This document shows, one piece after another, positions 1 through 7,541 of a stretch of 33,372 bases of DNA. Origin of the DNA: a virus (lineage: Duplodnaviria > Caudoviricetes); IMG/VR virus record IMGVR_UViG_3300009508_000035, positions 1 to 33,372 of that record; one strand, given 5' to 3'. Each line of letters starts with the position of its first letter. Position 1 is the stretch's first letter. The translations under genes and the position numbers were made by a program. Below the pieces are notes generated by a model. That model was not told the DNA's origin and did no database searches. It saw only the letters and a list, made by a program, of their open reading frames with translations.

Positions 1-126
1 CCAATCAATATCTTTGGAAAAAACACCAGAGAACCATTTACCAAGGTCGATTATATCAAACATTAACGTAAAAAATCCAACGGCACCAAGTGCGTATGCT
101 CTAAATGATTTGGATTTGACATTCAT
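1..126 (-). CDS. Partial (3'-truncated by window) putative membrane protein
   Basis: ATG at 126 preceded by AAGGAAG RBS; open to the window edge, MNVKSKSFRAYALGAVGFFTLMFDIIDLGKWFSGVFFPKILI..., hydrophobic; not in ORF track. Confidence 0.6.
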   Translation of the reverse strand, partial: MNVKSKSFRAYALGAVGFFTLMFDIIDLGKWFSGVFSKDIDW

Positions 127-301
127 ACTTCCTTTTTAAATATATTAGGTTGAGAGTCGAGTCGTTATTGGTTGAGTGTGGAAAACCTTAAATCATCCGC
201 TTCTATTCTTGTTGGACTCTTGAAAAATGAAGATGTAGAATGCATTTTGGCGATTTATGGTTTAACAATCCGTCCATTGGCAAGGCCAGAGGAGGCAACT
301 C

Positions 302-391
302 ATGTTTGAAATACAATATGAACGTCTGACTTTAAGAATTGGTGTAAGCCGTATTCTTTTTGCTCTGGCATTTCTATTACATACTCTTTGA
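302..391 (+). CDS. 29-aa hydrophobic peptide, type I toxin-like
   Basis: GAGGAGG RBS before ATG; MFEIQYERLTLRIGVSRILFALAFLLHTL; flanking UTRs base-pair (218-240 with 431-455). Confidence 0.65.
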   Translation: MFEIQYERLTLRIGVSRILFALAFLLHTL

Positions 392-398
392 GTATGGG

Positions 399-432
399 AG
401 GCACGTTAGCTTAAAGGTTATCGTGCCTTTTT
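399..432 (+). terminator. Intrinsic terminator-like hairpin after small peptide ORF
   Basis: AGGCACG...CGTGCCT stem followed by T-run. Confidence 0.6.
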
Positions 433-516
433 CTACATCTTCACCTTTTCAAAGAACCGTCGAATTCCCTTCGATACCCCCACTATATCAACCTTTTTGA
501 AAAAATAAATAAAAAA

Positions 517-569
517 TGTCCATAAAGGACAAAATAACTCTTGACCTATTTGTCCAAAACGGACATATT
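517..569 (+). promoter_or_regulatory. Early (pL-like) sigma70 promoter with two palindromic operators
   Basis: TTGACC(541-546)-N17-CATATT(564-569); TGTCC-N5-GGACA at 517-531 and 551-565. Confidence 0.8.
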
Positions 570-602
570 AGTTTCACAACAACGAAACAAGGGGTTTTGA
601 AA

Positions 603-923
603 ATGTTAAGTGGAAATCAAATTGAAGTATTAGAAATTGCAACAAGTCGTGTCTCCCGATATGACGATAAAATTTTAGGCATTAAGTGCATGTATGATGG
701 TGTTATTCCAGAAGGCGCACAAAGGCAGTTAGATCGCCTCCAATCAAACAGATCGCATTGGCAGATGCATGCGGATGATGCTCGCCTATCTATTACCAAA
801 TCAGCGATAAAAGATTTAACTGATGAAATTATGGCCTGTCGTGCAAGCAACAGCGTGCCTTCATCTGAGGCTTATTATAAAGCAATCGAAGTATCAATCA
901 TTATGGATCAGGTGGGTGCGTAA
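603..923 (+). CDS. Hypothetical early protein
   Basis: ORF track 516..923; start moved to ATG 603 (AAGGGG RBS, downstream of the promoter). Confidence 0.7.
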   Translation: MLSGNQIEVLEIATSRVSRYDDKILGIKCMYDGVIPEGAQRQLDRLQSNRSHWQMHADDARLSITKSAIKDLTDEIMACRASNSVPSSEAYYKAIEVSIIMDQVGA

Positions 924-1159
924 TGATGTTTATAAAATCACTATTTAAAAACACATGGAAAGAGCGCGCAATAAAAGCGGAGAAAGCAATGTTTGCTCTT
1001 TGGCATTCGACACATGGTGTTCAACCCAATCGCCCTCAGGACAGGCGCAGTAATGGCCAGTTTGGAACTGATGTCCCTCATTGGGATTACATCAAGGCAA
1101 CAAAAAACGGTTTTTCATTAATAAAGCATTTGGAGGGACAAAATGAGACAATCAATTAA
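923..1159 (+). CDS. Hypothetical phage protein
   Basis: TAATG coupling with upstream ORF; RxxxGQF-type motif. Confidence 0.7.
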   Translation: MMFIKSLFKNTWKERAIKAEKAMFALWHSTHGVQPNRPQDRRSNGQFGTDVPHWDYIKATKNGFSLIKHLEGQNETIN

Positions 1160-1406
1160 ACATACTTACCCAACAATATTTGATGATGAATTGGCAAGGT
1201 TCATTACTGACTATCGCGTTCCTGCAAACAATAATTTTTTGACAATTAAAACACGGAACAAGAACAACTGGATTGTGTCGCCACTGACCAAAGCCTCAAG
1301 TAATAGAGGTGGGTTGACACGCAAACTCGGAGGGGCAAACCTTTTCGCCGTTTTAACCGCGGTGTGCCTCTCCGTCTTTTATTTAATCGCATGGTATGGG
1401 GGGTAG
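1143..1406 (+). CDS. Hypothetical protein with C-terminal transmembrane helix
   Basis: GGAGGG RBS; hydrophobic C-terminus LFAVLTAVCLSVFYLIAWY. Confidence 0.7.
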   Translation: MRQSIKHTYPTIFDDELARFITDYRVPANNNFLTIKTRNKNNWIVSPLTKASSNRGGLTRKLGGANLFAVLTAVCLSVFYLIAWYGG

Positions 1407-1408
1407 TG

Positions 1409-1600
1409 ATGGAAATTAAATTTTATGACTTAACAAAACCTAATTTTTATCAACTATCTGTTGCGCAGGTGGATGCCTTTCAAACCAACGGCAATTTTGC
1501 AAACGATAATGATGAATGCGTTCAGTTTTACGAAGACTGTATGGACGCAATTAGAGAACTTAGACAAAAGACAAACCCTTATTTGGAGGTGGTGAAATGA
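1409..1600 (+). CDS. Hypothetical protein (ANDN motif)
   Basis: Start moved from 1364 to ATG 1409, after a G-rich RBS; ATGA overlap with ERF gene. Confidence 0.7.
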   Translation: MEIKFYDLTKPNFYQLSVAQVDAFQTNGNFANDNDECVQFYEDCMDAIRELRQKTNPYLEVVK

Positions 1601-2304
1601 CACAAGAAATAATTGATACAAATCAAAACCCATTGACCGTTTTAACCCTATTGGACAAGGCAATGTCAAACCCTGACATGAATGTCGATACATTGGAAAA
1701 GATGATGGACTTACAAGAACGCATGATGGCAAAGGACGCTCAAATGTCTTTTAATTCTGCCATGTCGCGGTTGCAAAAAGTTTTACCAATCATCAGCAAG
1801 ACGGCCAAAACGAATAATGCGAAATATGCTAAGCACGAAGATATCGAAGCACAAATAAAACCTTTATACACCGCCGAGGGCTTTAGTGTTGATTATACGT
1901 CGCACACAAAAGAAAATGGACGCATCGTATTTTACGGGATGCTTTCACATGAAGATGGTCACACAAAAACCGCAGAATTTGAAACCTCACCTGACACAAG
2001 CGGTTCAAAAAATGCCACGCAAGCTATCGCCTCTGCAATGACATACGCGCAAAGGTATTTGTTAAAGATGTTGTTTAATCTCGTGTTCTTAAATGAGGAT
2101 GACGATGGTTACGCGGCGAACCATAATTACATCACACAAGACCAAGCTAACGAAATAATTACAATGATTGAGGCCACTCAAACGAATGTGCCTAAATTCT
2201 TGGAAGTGATGAACGCGGATCAGGTCACAAAAATCAAAGCAAAAGATTATTTGCGCGCGATTAACGGCCTTCAAGCCAAAGTTAAAAAGATTGCATCACA
2301 ATGA
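1597..2304 (+). CDS. erf: ERF-family ssDNA-annealing recombinase
   Basis: KYAxxEDI, HxDGH and QAIASAMTYAQRY...DDDG motifs; adjacent to exonuclease and SSB. Confidence 0.88.
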   Translation: MTQEIIDTNQNPLTVLTLLDKAMSNPDMNVDTLEKMMDLQERMMAKDAQMSFNSAMSRLQKVLPIISKTAKTNNAKYAKHEDIEAQIKPLYTAEGFSVDYTSHTKENGRIVFYGMLSHEDGHTKTAEFETSPDTSGSKNATQAIASAMTYAQRYLLKMLFNLVFLNEDDDGYAANHNYITQDQANEIITMIEATQTNVPKFLEVMNADQVTKIKAKDYLRAINGLQAKVKKIASQ

Positions 2305-2909
2305 TTATTTATGATTGCAAACAGGGTGAGCCTGAATGGTTTAAGGCGCGCATGGGGGTTATAACCTCAAGCGACTTTTCAAAGATTATCACGCCAAAAA
2401 CCATGAAGTTATCTTCATCACACGACATGATTGCGAATAAAGTTGTCGCACAACGTATCACGGGAGAAGATGAAACTGATTTTACAGGCAATAAATGGAC
2501 TGAAAGAGGTCATGAATTAGAGCCAGAGGCCGCGAGTATGTATGAGCTAATCAACGAGGTTGAAACAACAACAATTGGATTTGCAACACGTGATGATGGT
2601 TTGGTTGGATGTTCACCCGATAGATTTGTTGGTGATCAAGGTGGATTAGAAATTAAATGTCCCGCCGCGCACACTCATTTGGCCTCGTTCTTTGCAAATA
2701 GCATTGCAGACGACCATAAATGTCAAGTGCAAGGATGCTTATTAATAACGGGTTTTAAATGGTGGGACGTCATGTCTTATCACCCTAACTTTCCACCATC
2801 AATAATTCGCGTGGAACGTGATGAAGAATTTATCGACGCATTGGATAAGGCCTTGGCTTTAACACTCGTCAAAATCGAAGAAAAACTAGAAAAACTGAAA
2901 GGTAATTAA
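2301..2909 (+). CDS. YqaJ/lambda-type exonuclease
   Basis: QGxxEWxxxRxGxITxS, RGHELE, GCSPD, LEIKCP and QVQG motifs. Confidence 0.92.
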   Translation: MIIYDCKQGEPEWFKARMGVITSSDFSKIITPKTMKLSSSHDMIANKVVAQRITGEDETDFTGNKWTERGHELEPEAASMYELINEVETTTIGFATRDDGLVGCSPDRFVGDQGGLEIKCPAAHTHLASFFANSIADDHKCQVQGCLLITGFKWWDVMSYHPNFPPSIIRVERDEEFIDALDKALALTLVKIEEKLEKLKGN

Positions 2910-2910
2910 A

Positions 2911-3363
2911 ATGGCAGGATCACTAAACAAAGTAATGCTAATCGGAAATCTGGGAAATGACCCTGATATCCGCTCAATGCAAAATGGAGGCAAGGTTTGC
3001 AATCTATCAATTGCGACATCTGAATCATGGAAAGATAAAAACACAAACGAACGTAAGGAAAAAACCGAGTGGCACCGTGTGGTCGTGTTCCAAGAGGGAT
3101 TGATTGGCGTAATTGAAAAATATCTCAAAAAAGGATCAAAGGTTTTTATTGAGGGTCAATTAGAAACGCGATCGTGGGAACAAGATGGTGTTAAAAAATA
3201 TACAACCGAAATCGTTTTAAAGGCATTCAACGGCACCATGACGATGCTAGATGGCAAAGACAATTCAAACGGCGGTGGTCAGTCTCAATCACAGGGACAG
3301 TCATACGCGCAGAAGGATAGCGCGCCGGTGCACGATGATTTTGAGGATGATATTCCGTTTTAG
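2911..3363 (+). CDS. ssb: Single-stranded DNA-binding protein
   Basis: NKVMLIGNLGNDP, TEWHRVV, acidic DDIPF tail. Confidence 0.97.
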   Translation: MAGSLNKVMLIGNLGNDPDIRSMQNGGKVCNLSIATSESWKDKNTNERKEKTEWHRVVVFQEGLIGVIEKYLKKGSKVFIEGQLETRSWEQDGVKKYTTEIVLKAFNGTMTMLDGKDNSNGGGQSQSQGQSYAQKDSAPVHDDFEDDIPF

Positions 3364-3375
3364 AATTTAACTATA

Positions 3376-3459
3376 GGGGGTGTGGGCACAAGCGTGTCGC
3401 GGATTGCATATAATTCGATAAAGCCGAGGAGGTAGGGTAGCGTCTATTCACCCCCACCA
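3376..3459 (+). ncRNA. tRNA-like structured RNA with CCA end (non-canonical)
   Basis: GGGGGTG/CACCCCC 7-bp acceptor stem + A-CCA; three internal hairpins; lacks TTCRA T-loop and 7-nt anticodon loop. Confidence 0.55.
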
Positions 3460-3518
3460 AATTTAAAAGGTGTCGAATTCGATACATTTAAAAAAGCAAC
3501 AAAGTGAAAGAGAAGAAA

Positions 3519-3776
3519 ATGACAGAAGAACCAAAAGACGTTGGCGGAGTTGCAGGCGTAAGATTAAAGAGCTTTATCGAACGCATAGAGCGTTTGGACG
3601 AGGAAAAGCAAGCCATTACGGATGATATCAAAGACGTTTACGCAGAGGCCAAAGGAACAGGCTTTGAAACGAAAACGCTTAAAAAGGTTATTTCATTACG
3701 CAAGCTTGACGCAGAAAAACGGCGCGAGGCTGACGAAATGTTGGAACTTTATAAATCAGCAATTGGAATGGAATAA
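3519..3776 (+). CDS. gapR: GapR/DUF2312 (UPF0335) nucleoid-associated DNA-binding protein
   Basis: [15 protein letters not shown]...[14 protein letters not shown]...LRK...LY signature. Confidence 0.9.
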   Translation: MTEEPKDVGGVAGVRLKSFIERIERLDEEKQAITDDIKDVYAEAKGTGFETKTLKKVISLRKLDAEKRREADEMLELYKSAIGME

Positions 3777-3881
3777 CAGAACGAGGGCGCGGCGTTTCAA
3801 AACCCCAACTTAAAACGCTCCTCTTGTTTATCCTGAATCCGCGATAGGGATGGACATCTAATTTTGAAAGGCATGGGAAAG

Positions 3882-4133
3882 ATGAATTACAACGAAAGAG
3901 CATTTAGCGCGACACAACTAGCCAAACGTTGGGACTTGTCACGACAGACAATTCACAATATGGCTAAAAGAGGCGAGATAGCCTTTTTTGAGGTCGGTAA
4001 ACAACGGAGATTTAGATCATGCGAAGTATCGAGAATAGAAGAATTAAACTCTACAGAGGGGCATGGTATGTCGTTTGGAGAGAGGGAGGAAAGACAAAAC
4101 GTCACTCCCTTTATACTAAGAACAGGGATGTAG
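3882..4133 (+). CDS. xis: Excisionase (HTH_17/MerR-like)
   Basis: SATQLAKRWDLSRQTI...RGEI...VGKQRRF; overlaps 5' end of integrase. Confidence 0.8.
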   Translation: MNYNERAFSATQLAKRWDLSRQTIHNMAKRGEIAFFEVGKQRRFRSCEVSRIEELNSTEGHGMSFGEREERQNVTPFILRTGM

Positions 4134-4978
4134 CCGAACGAAACTACATAGAATACTTAAGGCAACTTGAAAGAAAGATAGAGACTGTGAACGATGTAAT
4201 AGACGCTTGGATGATGGAAAAGTCGGAAATGAAATCTATGGATAATGTCAAACAACGCATTAAACCACTTCGCGATTTCTTTGGTAACTTGTTTCCAGAT
4301 CAAATTAGTCGATCTGTCTGCCGTGATTACCGTGCGTTTAGAAAGGTTTCAGATAGTACAATCAGGAAAGAAATTGGAATTATCCGAAGTGCTATAAATT
4401 GGATTTGTCCAAATTCAAAAGCTGTTTTTGAGTTGCCACCAGAAAGCGCGCCAAGAGATATTAGAATTACAAAAGATGAATATAAGGAATTATTAAATTT
4501 TGCAGAGTCAGAGCATATACGCTTATTTATAATTTTAGCGATTGGAACAGCCGCAAGATCTGGGGCTTTACTCGACCTAACCTGGAGTCAAATAGATTTT
4601 AAAAAGGGGTTGATACAACTCTCAAATGCAAGTGAGACGAACAAGCGTAGAGCATTGATACCAATGACTAACACTGTCAGGGATGCTTTAGAGGATGCAT
4701 ACCAATCTAGAACGTGTGCATACGTTATAGAGTATGGTTCAAATAAAATAAAATCAGTACGTAAAGGGTTCAAAACAACAGCCCTGAGGGCTGGCTTACC
4801 AAATGTCACACCCCATGTCCTGCGCCATACATCTGCTAGTTGGATGGCAGAAGGGGGGGTCTCAATGGATGAAATTTCACAATATTTGGGCCATTCAAAT
4901 TCAAAGGTCACGCAAAGTGTATATGCGAGATACTCACCTGATTATTTGAGGAAAGCGGCATCAATTTTAGATTTTTAG
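4019..4978 (+). CDS. int: Tyrosine integrase
   Basis: Catalytic R (TAARSG), HxxR (HVLRH), LGH, and Y (VYARY); adjacent to attP. Confidence 0.96.
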   Translation: MRSIENRRIKLYRGAWYVVWREGGKTKRHSLYTKNRDVAERNYIEYLRQLERKIETVNDVIDAWMMEKSEMKSMDNVKQRIKPLRDFFGNLFPDQISRSVCRDYRAFRKVSDSTIRKEIGIIRSAINWICPNSKAVFELPPESAPRDIRITKDEYKELLNFAESEHIRLFIILAIGTAARSGALLDLTWSQIDFKKGLIQLSNASETNKRRALIPMTNTVRDALEDAYQSRTCAYVIEYGSNKIKSVRKGFKTTALRAGLPNVTPHVLRHTSASWMAEGGVSMDEISQYLGHSNSKVTQSVYARYSPDYLRKAASILDF

Positions 4979-5188
4979 GTTCAATTGAACCAAAGACTAA
5001 TGTTTTAACAAAGGGGAAAATGATGAAAAAACAATTACTTAAATGGTGCATTCGGTGGGATTCGAACCCACGACCTCTGCCTTCGGAGGGCAGGCGACTT
5101 ACTGTAAATAAAGGGTTTTTCTGCAATTTTACCGCCAATTTCTGCGAAACAGATAAAGAACAAACACCGAAAAGGGTTCAATTGAACC
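4978..5188. repeat. Two copies of 14-bp palindrome GGTTCAATTGAACC flanking the att core (candidate Int arm sites)
   Basis: Exact copies at 4978-4991 and 5175-5188. Confidence 0.75.
5044..5093 (-). other. attP core: 3' half of tRNA-Arg(CCG)
   Basis: Minus strand CTGCC-CT-CCG-AA-GGCAG anticodon arm, GGTTCGAATCC T-arm and CCA end; 5' half absent; directly downstream of int. Confidence 0.9.
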
Positions 5189-5222
5189 TTAATCCACTGC
5201 CTCATATTTATGGGGTGGTATC

Positions 5223-5411
5223 ATGAAGCATGAATTCAGCACCTACACACTCATTGCAATTACCGTCGCAACTTTACTTATCCCTCAATATCACGGATGG
5301 GGCGCCATATTAGATGATATAGCAACATGGCGAAATAATGGCTATCCAGCTAGTGAGGCACGCGAGGCGGTTAAATTAACAAATAGCGTTAGTGCAAGAA
5401 AGATAAAATAA
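5223..5411 (+). CDS. Hypothetical protein with N-terminal hydrophobic segment
   Basis: GGGGTGG RBS; coupled to next ORF. Confidence 0.55.
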   Translation: MKHEFSTYTLIAITVATLLIPQYHGWGAILDDIATWRNNGYPASEAREAVKLTNSVSARKIK

Positions 5412-5626
5412 TGACAGAAAAAGACACGAATAATTTCTATGAAATTAAATTTATTAATTATTTTGAAGATTTTGACGATCCTTTAGTTATTAAATTTAAA
5501 TCAAATTGTACGCACTCCATTAAAAGAATAATAGAGGGTCTTTCAACTCATTATTCTGGCGATCCTTATGAGGTTTATATAAATAACCAAAAGGCGGTTT
5601 TAGAAAAAGATTGGGGCTTATTGTAA
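5411..5626 (+). CDS. Hypothetical protein
   Basis: TAATG coupling at both ends. Confidence 0.7.
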   Translation: MTEKDTNNFYEIKFINYFEDFDDPLVIKFKSNCTHSIKRIIEGLSTHYSGDPYEVYINNQKAVLEKDWGLL

Positions 5627-5786
5627 TGCCAGTAACCCCAATAACAAAACCCTGTAAATGGCGACTTGAGGAAGTTGGGTATATTTTATCAATCCCTGCG
5701 GTGATGAAGTTGCGACCATTAGGGGTGGAAATAAACAAACCAAGCGCGATAGAGGCGCGATAATATTAAGAAAGATGAATAAATGA
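5626..5786 (+). pseudogene. Small gene apparently split by a 1-nt frameshift near 5670-5680
   Basis: 5' part coupled by TAATG; 3' part in the -1 frame ends in an ATGA overlap with the next gene. Confidence 0.45.
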
Positions 5787-6418
5787 CAGATAAACCATTA
5801 AACTGCGTTGGAAGTGATAAGGCGCAACATGATTTTAAAACACACCCTGCATTGGGATTGGAAGAAGTAATGACAAAAGATAAACAAACGATGCCAACGT
5901 CACCAACGGAGATATTAATAACAGGTAAGGGTTTTCACGGATTTTGGGAAACACCTGATAAAGCCTTGCATTCGGGAACAAAGCCAAAATACATCCGCCT
6001 AGAAAACAACCCCGATTACATCATCACCAAAAAGGCTGATGTGGGGGATGGGGAATTGTTGCCTTGTCCGATATCAAGTAAAAAAGCGTATCTTATAAAA
6101 GAAGGATATAATTATCGTGGTAAAGACTTATTCCATGTAATATGTCACAAAAGCGGAATTAGAACAAAAAAATACATTAGCCCCAATGATGCAATCAAAG
6201 CATGGAACACCCGCCCCACCCCTAAACCCGATGGGGATGCGTTGGAGGCTTTGGATGAATTAGAAATTGATATGAAATCATCTGCACGTAATGATTATCC
6301 AAGTGCAAATGAGTATCCATCACAAATGTTAAAGCTGAACAATGAAATTGATTGGATTGAGGAAAAGATAAAAACAATCCGCCAAGCCCTACAAGCGCAA
6401 GCAGAAAGAGAGGATTGA
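5783..6418 (+). CDS. Hypothetical protein with degenerate Lar-like (restriction alleviation) domain
   Basis: LLPCP...VIC...G...AIKAWNTR pattern. Confidence 0.65.
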   Translation: MTDKPLNCVGSDKAQHDFKTHPALGLEEVMTKDKQTMPTSPTEILITGKGFHGFWETPDKALHSGTKPKYIRLENNPDYIITKKADVGDGELLPCPISSKKAYLIKEGYNYRGKDLFHVICHKSGIRTKKYISPNDAIKAWNTRPTPKPDGDALEALDELEIDMKSSARNDYPSANEYPSQMLKLNNEIDWIEEKIKTIRQALQAQAERED

Positions 6419-6419
6419 T

Positions 6420-6509
6420 ATGTGTGCAGGATTACCACCAACGACAAGACCGCGAACTAATATTATTAACGGGACAATTTACTATCCGATAAAGGTGAAA
6501 GAAAAATGA
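6420..6509 (+). CDS. 29-aa hypothetical peptide
   Basis: GAGAGGA RBS; MCAGLPPTTRPRTNIINGTIYYPIKVKEK; ATGA overlap with next gene; below ORF-track cutoff. Confidence 0.5.
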   Translation: MCAGLPPTTRPRTNIINGTIYYPIKVKEK

Positions 6510-7285
6510 CACAAGAAAAACAAAATGATGCGATTGAGGCTTGGGAACGAATTGTTAATATTTCGGGAATAACCCACGAAAGCGGTGATGTTTTAATTTT
6601 AGGGACGGTTGATGTTCAGGATATGCGAACAATCCGCACCGAACTAGAACGCGCACAACGGATGCAGGAGGCTTTGGAATTTTATTCTGATACTGGAAAT
6701 TACAATCAAAACTTTGCGCCCATTAATCCAATGAATGGTATGGTTGACTGTGGAGCGGAGGCCAAACAAGCCCTATCCGATGCCCCCACGATTAAACCGC
6801 CTTATGTTATTAATGATGATGGGGAAATAACACAAGTTAAACCGCAAGAGGGTGGAATTTGTGTACGACAAAACGCGAATTACCATACACAAAATGACTT
6901 GTGTCCTGCAGACTGTACACAAACTAAACCGCAATATGGGGAATGGTTGCCGATTGAGAGTGCGCCTAAGGATGGGGCAACATTTTTGGCGTTTGAAAGA
7001 GGTATGGTTGAGCGCGAAGTTCCAGATATGTCCGGTTTTTTATCAGGGTATGATAATGGTCCAGATATTGTAGATGTTGTCGCCCATAAAGAACCTATAA
7101 CAATAGCTTTCCATGATGGTGTCTTTTTAACTATGTTTGGCGAAACTTATCATGAGAATGGTTTTTCAACGGAATTTGATTTGGACGACTTAAAAAACAA
7201 TGAATATGAGGGGTATAATTGTTTAAGATTGGAAGGGTGGATGCCGTTACCCGATTTACCCGATGCGCCAAAGGAGGGGAAGTGA
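6506..7285 (+). CDS. Hypothetical protein with C-terminal DUF551-like domain
   Basis: WLPIESAPKDG...WMPLP motifs; ALEFY motif in N-terminal part. Confidence 0.7.
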   Translation: MTQEKQNDAIEAWERIVNISGITHESGDVLILGTVDVQDMRTIRTELERAQRMQEALEFYSDTGNYNQNFAPINPMNGMVDCGAEAKQALSDAPTIKPPYVINDDGEITQVKPQEGGICVRQNANYHTQNDLCPADCTQTKPQYGEWLPIESAPKDGATFLAFERGMVEREVPDMSGFLSGYDNGPDIVDVVAHKEPITIAFHDGVFLTMFGETYHENGFSTEFDLDDLKNNEYEGYNCLRLEGWMPLPDLPDAPKEGK

Positions 7286-7286
7286 T

Positions 7287-7541
7287 ATGGAACATGAAAT
7301 AAAATGCAATCCCGAATTTTTTAGTAGGATATCAATAGGACAGAAAACTTTTGAAATAAGAAAAAACGACCGTGATTATCAAGTTGGCGACACTTTGATA
7401 ATAAAAGAGTTTGATCCCAAAAAAGGGTGGCCTGAACACGGTGTTTATGAATCCATAACCGCACAAATAGTTTACATTTCAACATTTATGCAAGTTGACG
7501 GTTATTGTGTTTTAGGAATTGAGGTAAAAAATGACAGATAA
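7287..7541 (+). CDS. DUF3850/ASCH (PUA-like) domain protein
   Basis: HEIK..P.FF..I..GQKTFEIRKNDRDYQVGD motif; start ATG 7287 after GGAGGGG. Confidence 0.88.
   Translation: MEHEIKCNPEFFSRISIGQKTFEIRKNDRDYQVGDTLIIKEFDPKKGWPEHGVYESITAQIVYISTFMQVDGYCVLGIEVKNDR

Noticed and set aside
300-371. 23-aa minus-strand ORF (MPEQKEYGLHQ...)
   Set aside because: No RBS; antisense to the better-supported peptide ORF
516-602. N-terminal extension of ORF 516..923
   Set aside because: Overlaps the promoter and operators; ATG 603 has the RBS
3775-3860. Possible hairpins between gapR and xis
   Set aside because: Pairing is interrupted and short; cannot be distinguished from chance without folding or covariation
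5020-5120. Complete tRNA-Arg gene
   Set aside because: Similarity stops at 5093; no D-arm or 5' acceptor strand, so treated as the attP core
4908-5226. ORFs 5020..5226 (+) and 4908..5138 (-)
   Set aside because: Translations of the tRNA/att sequence (RWDSNPRP is a typical tRNA shadow)
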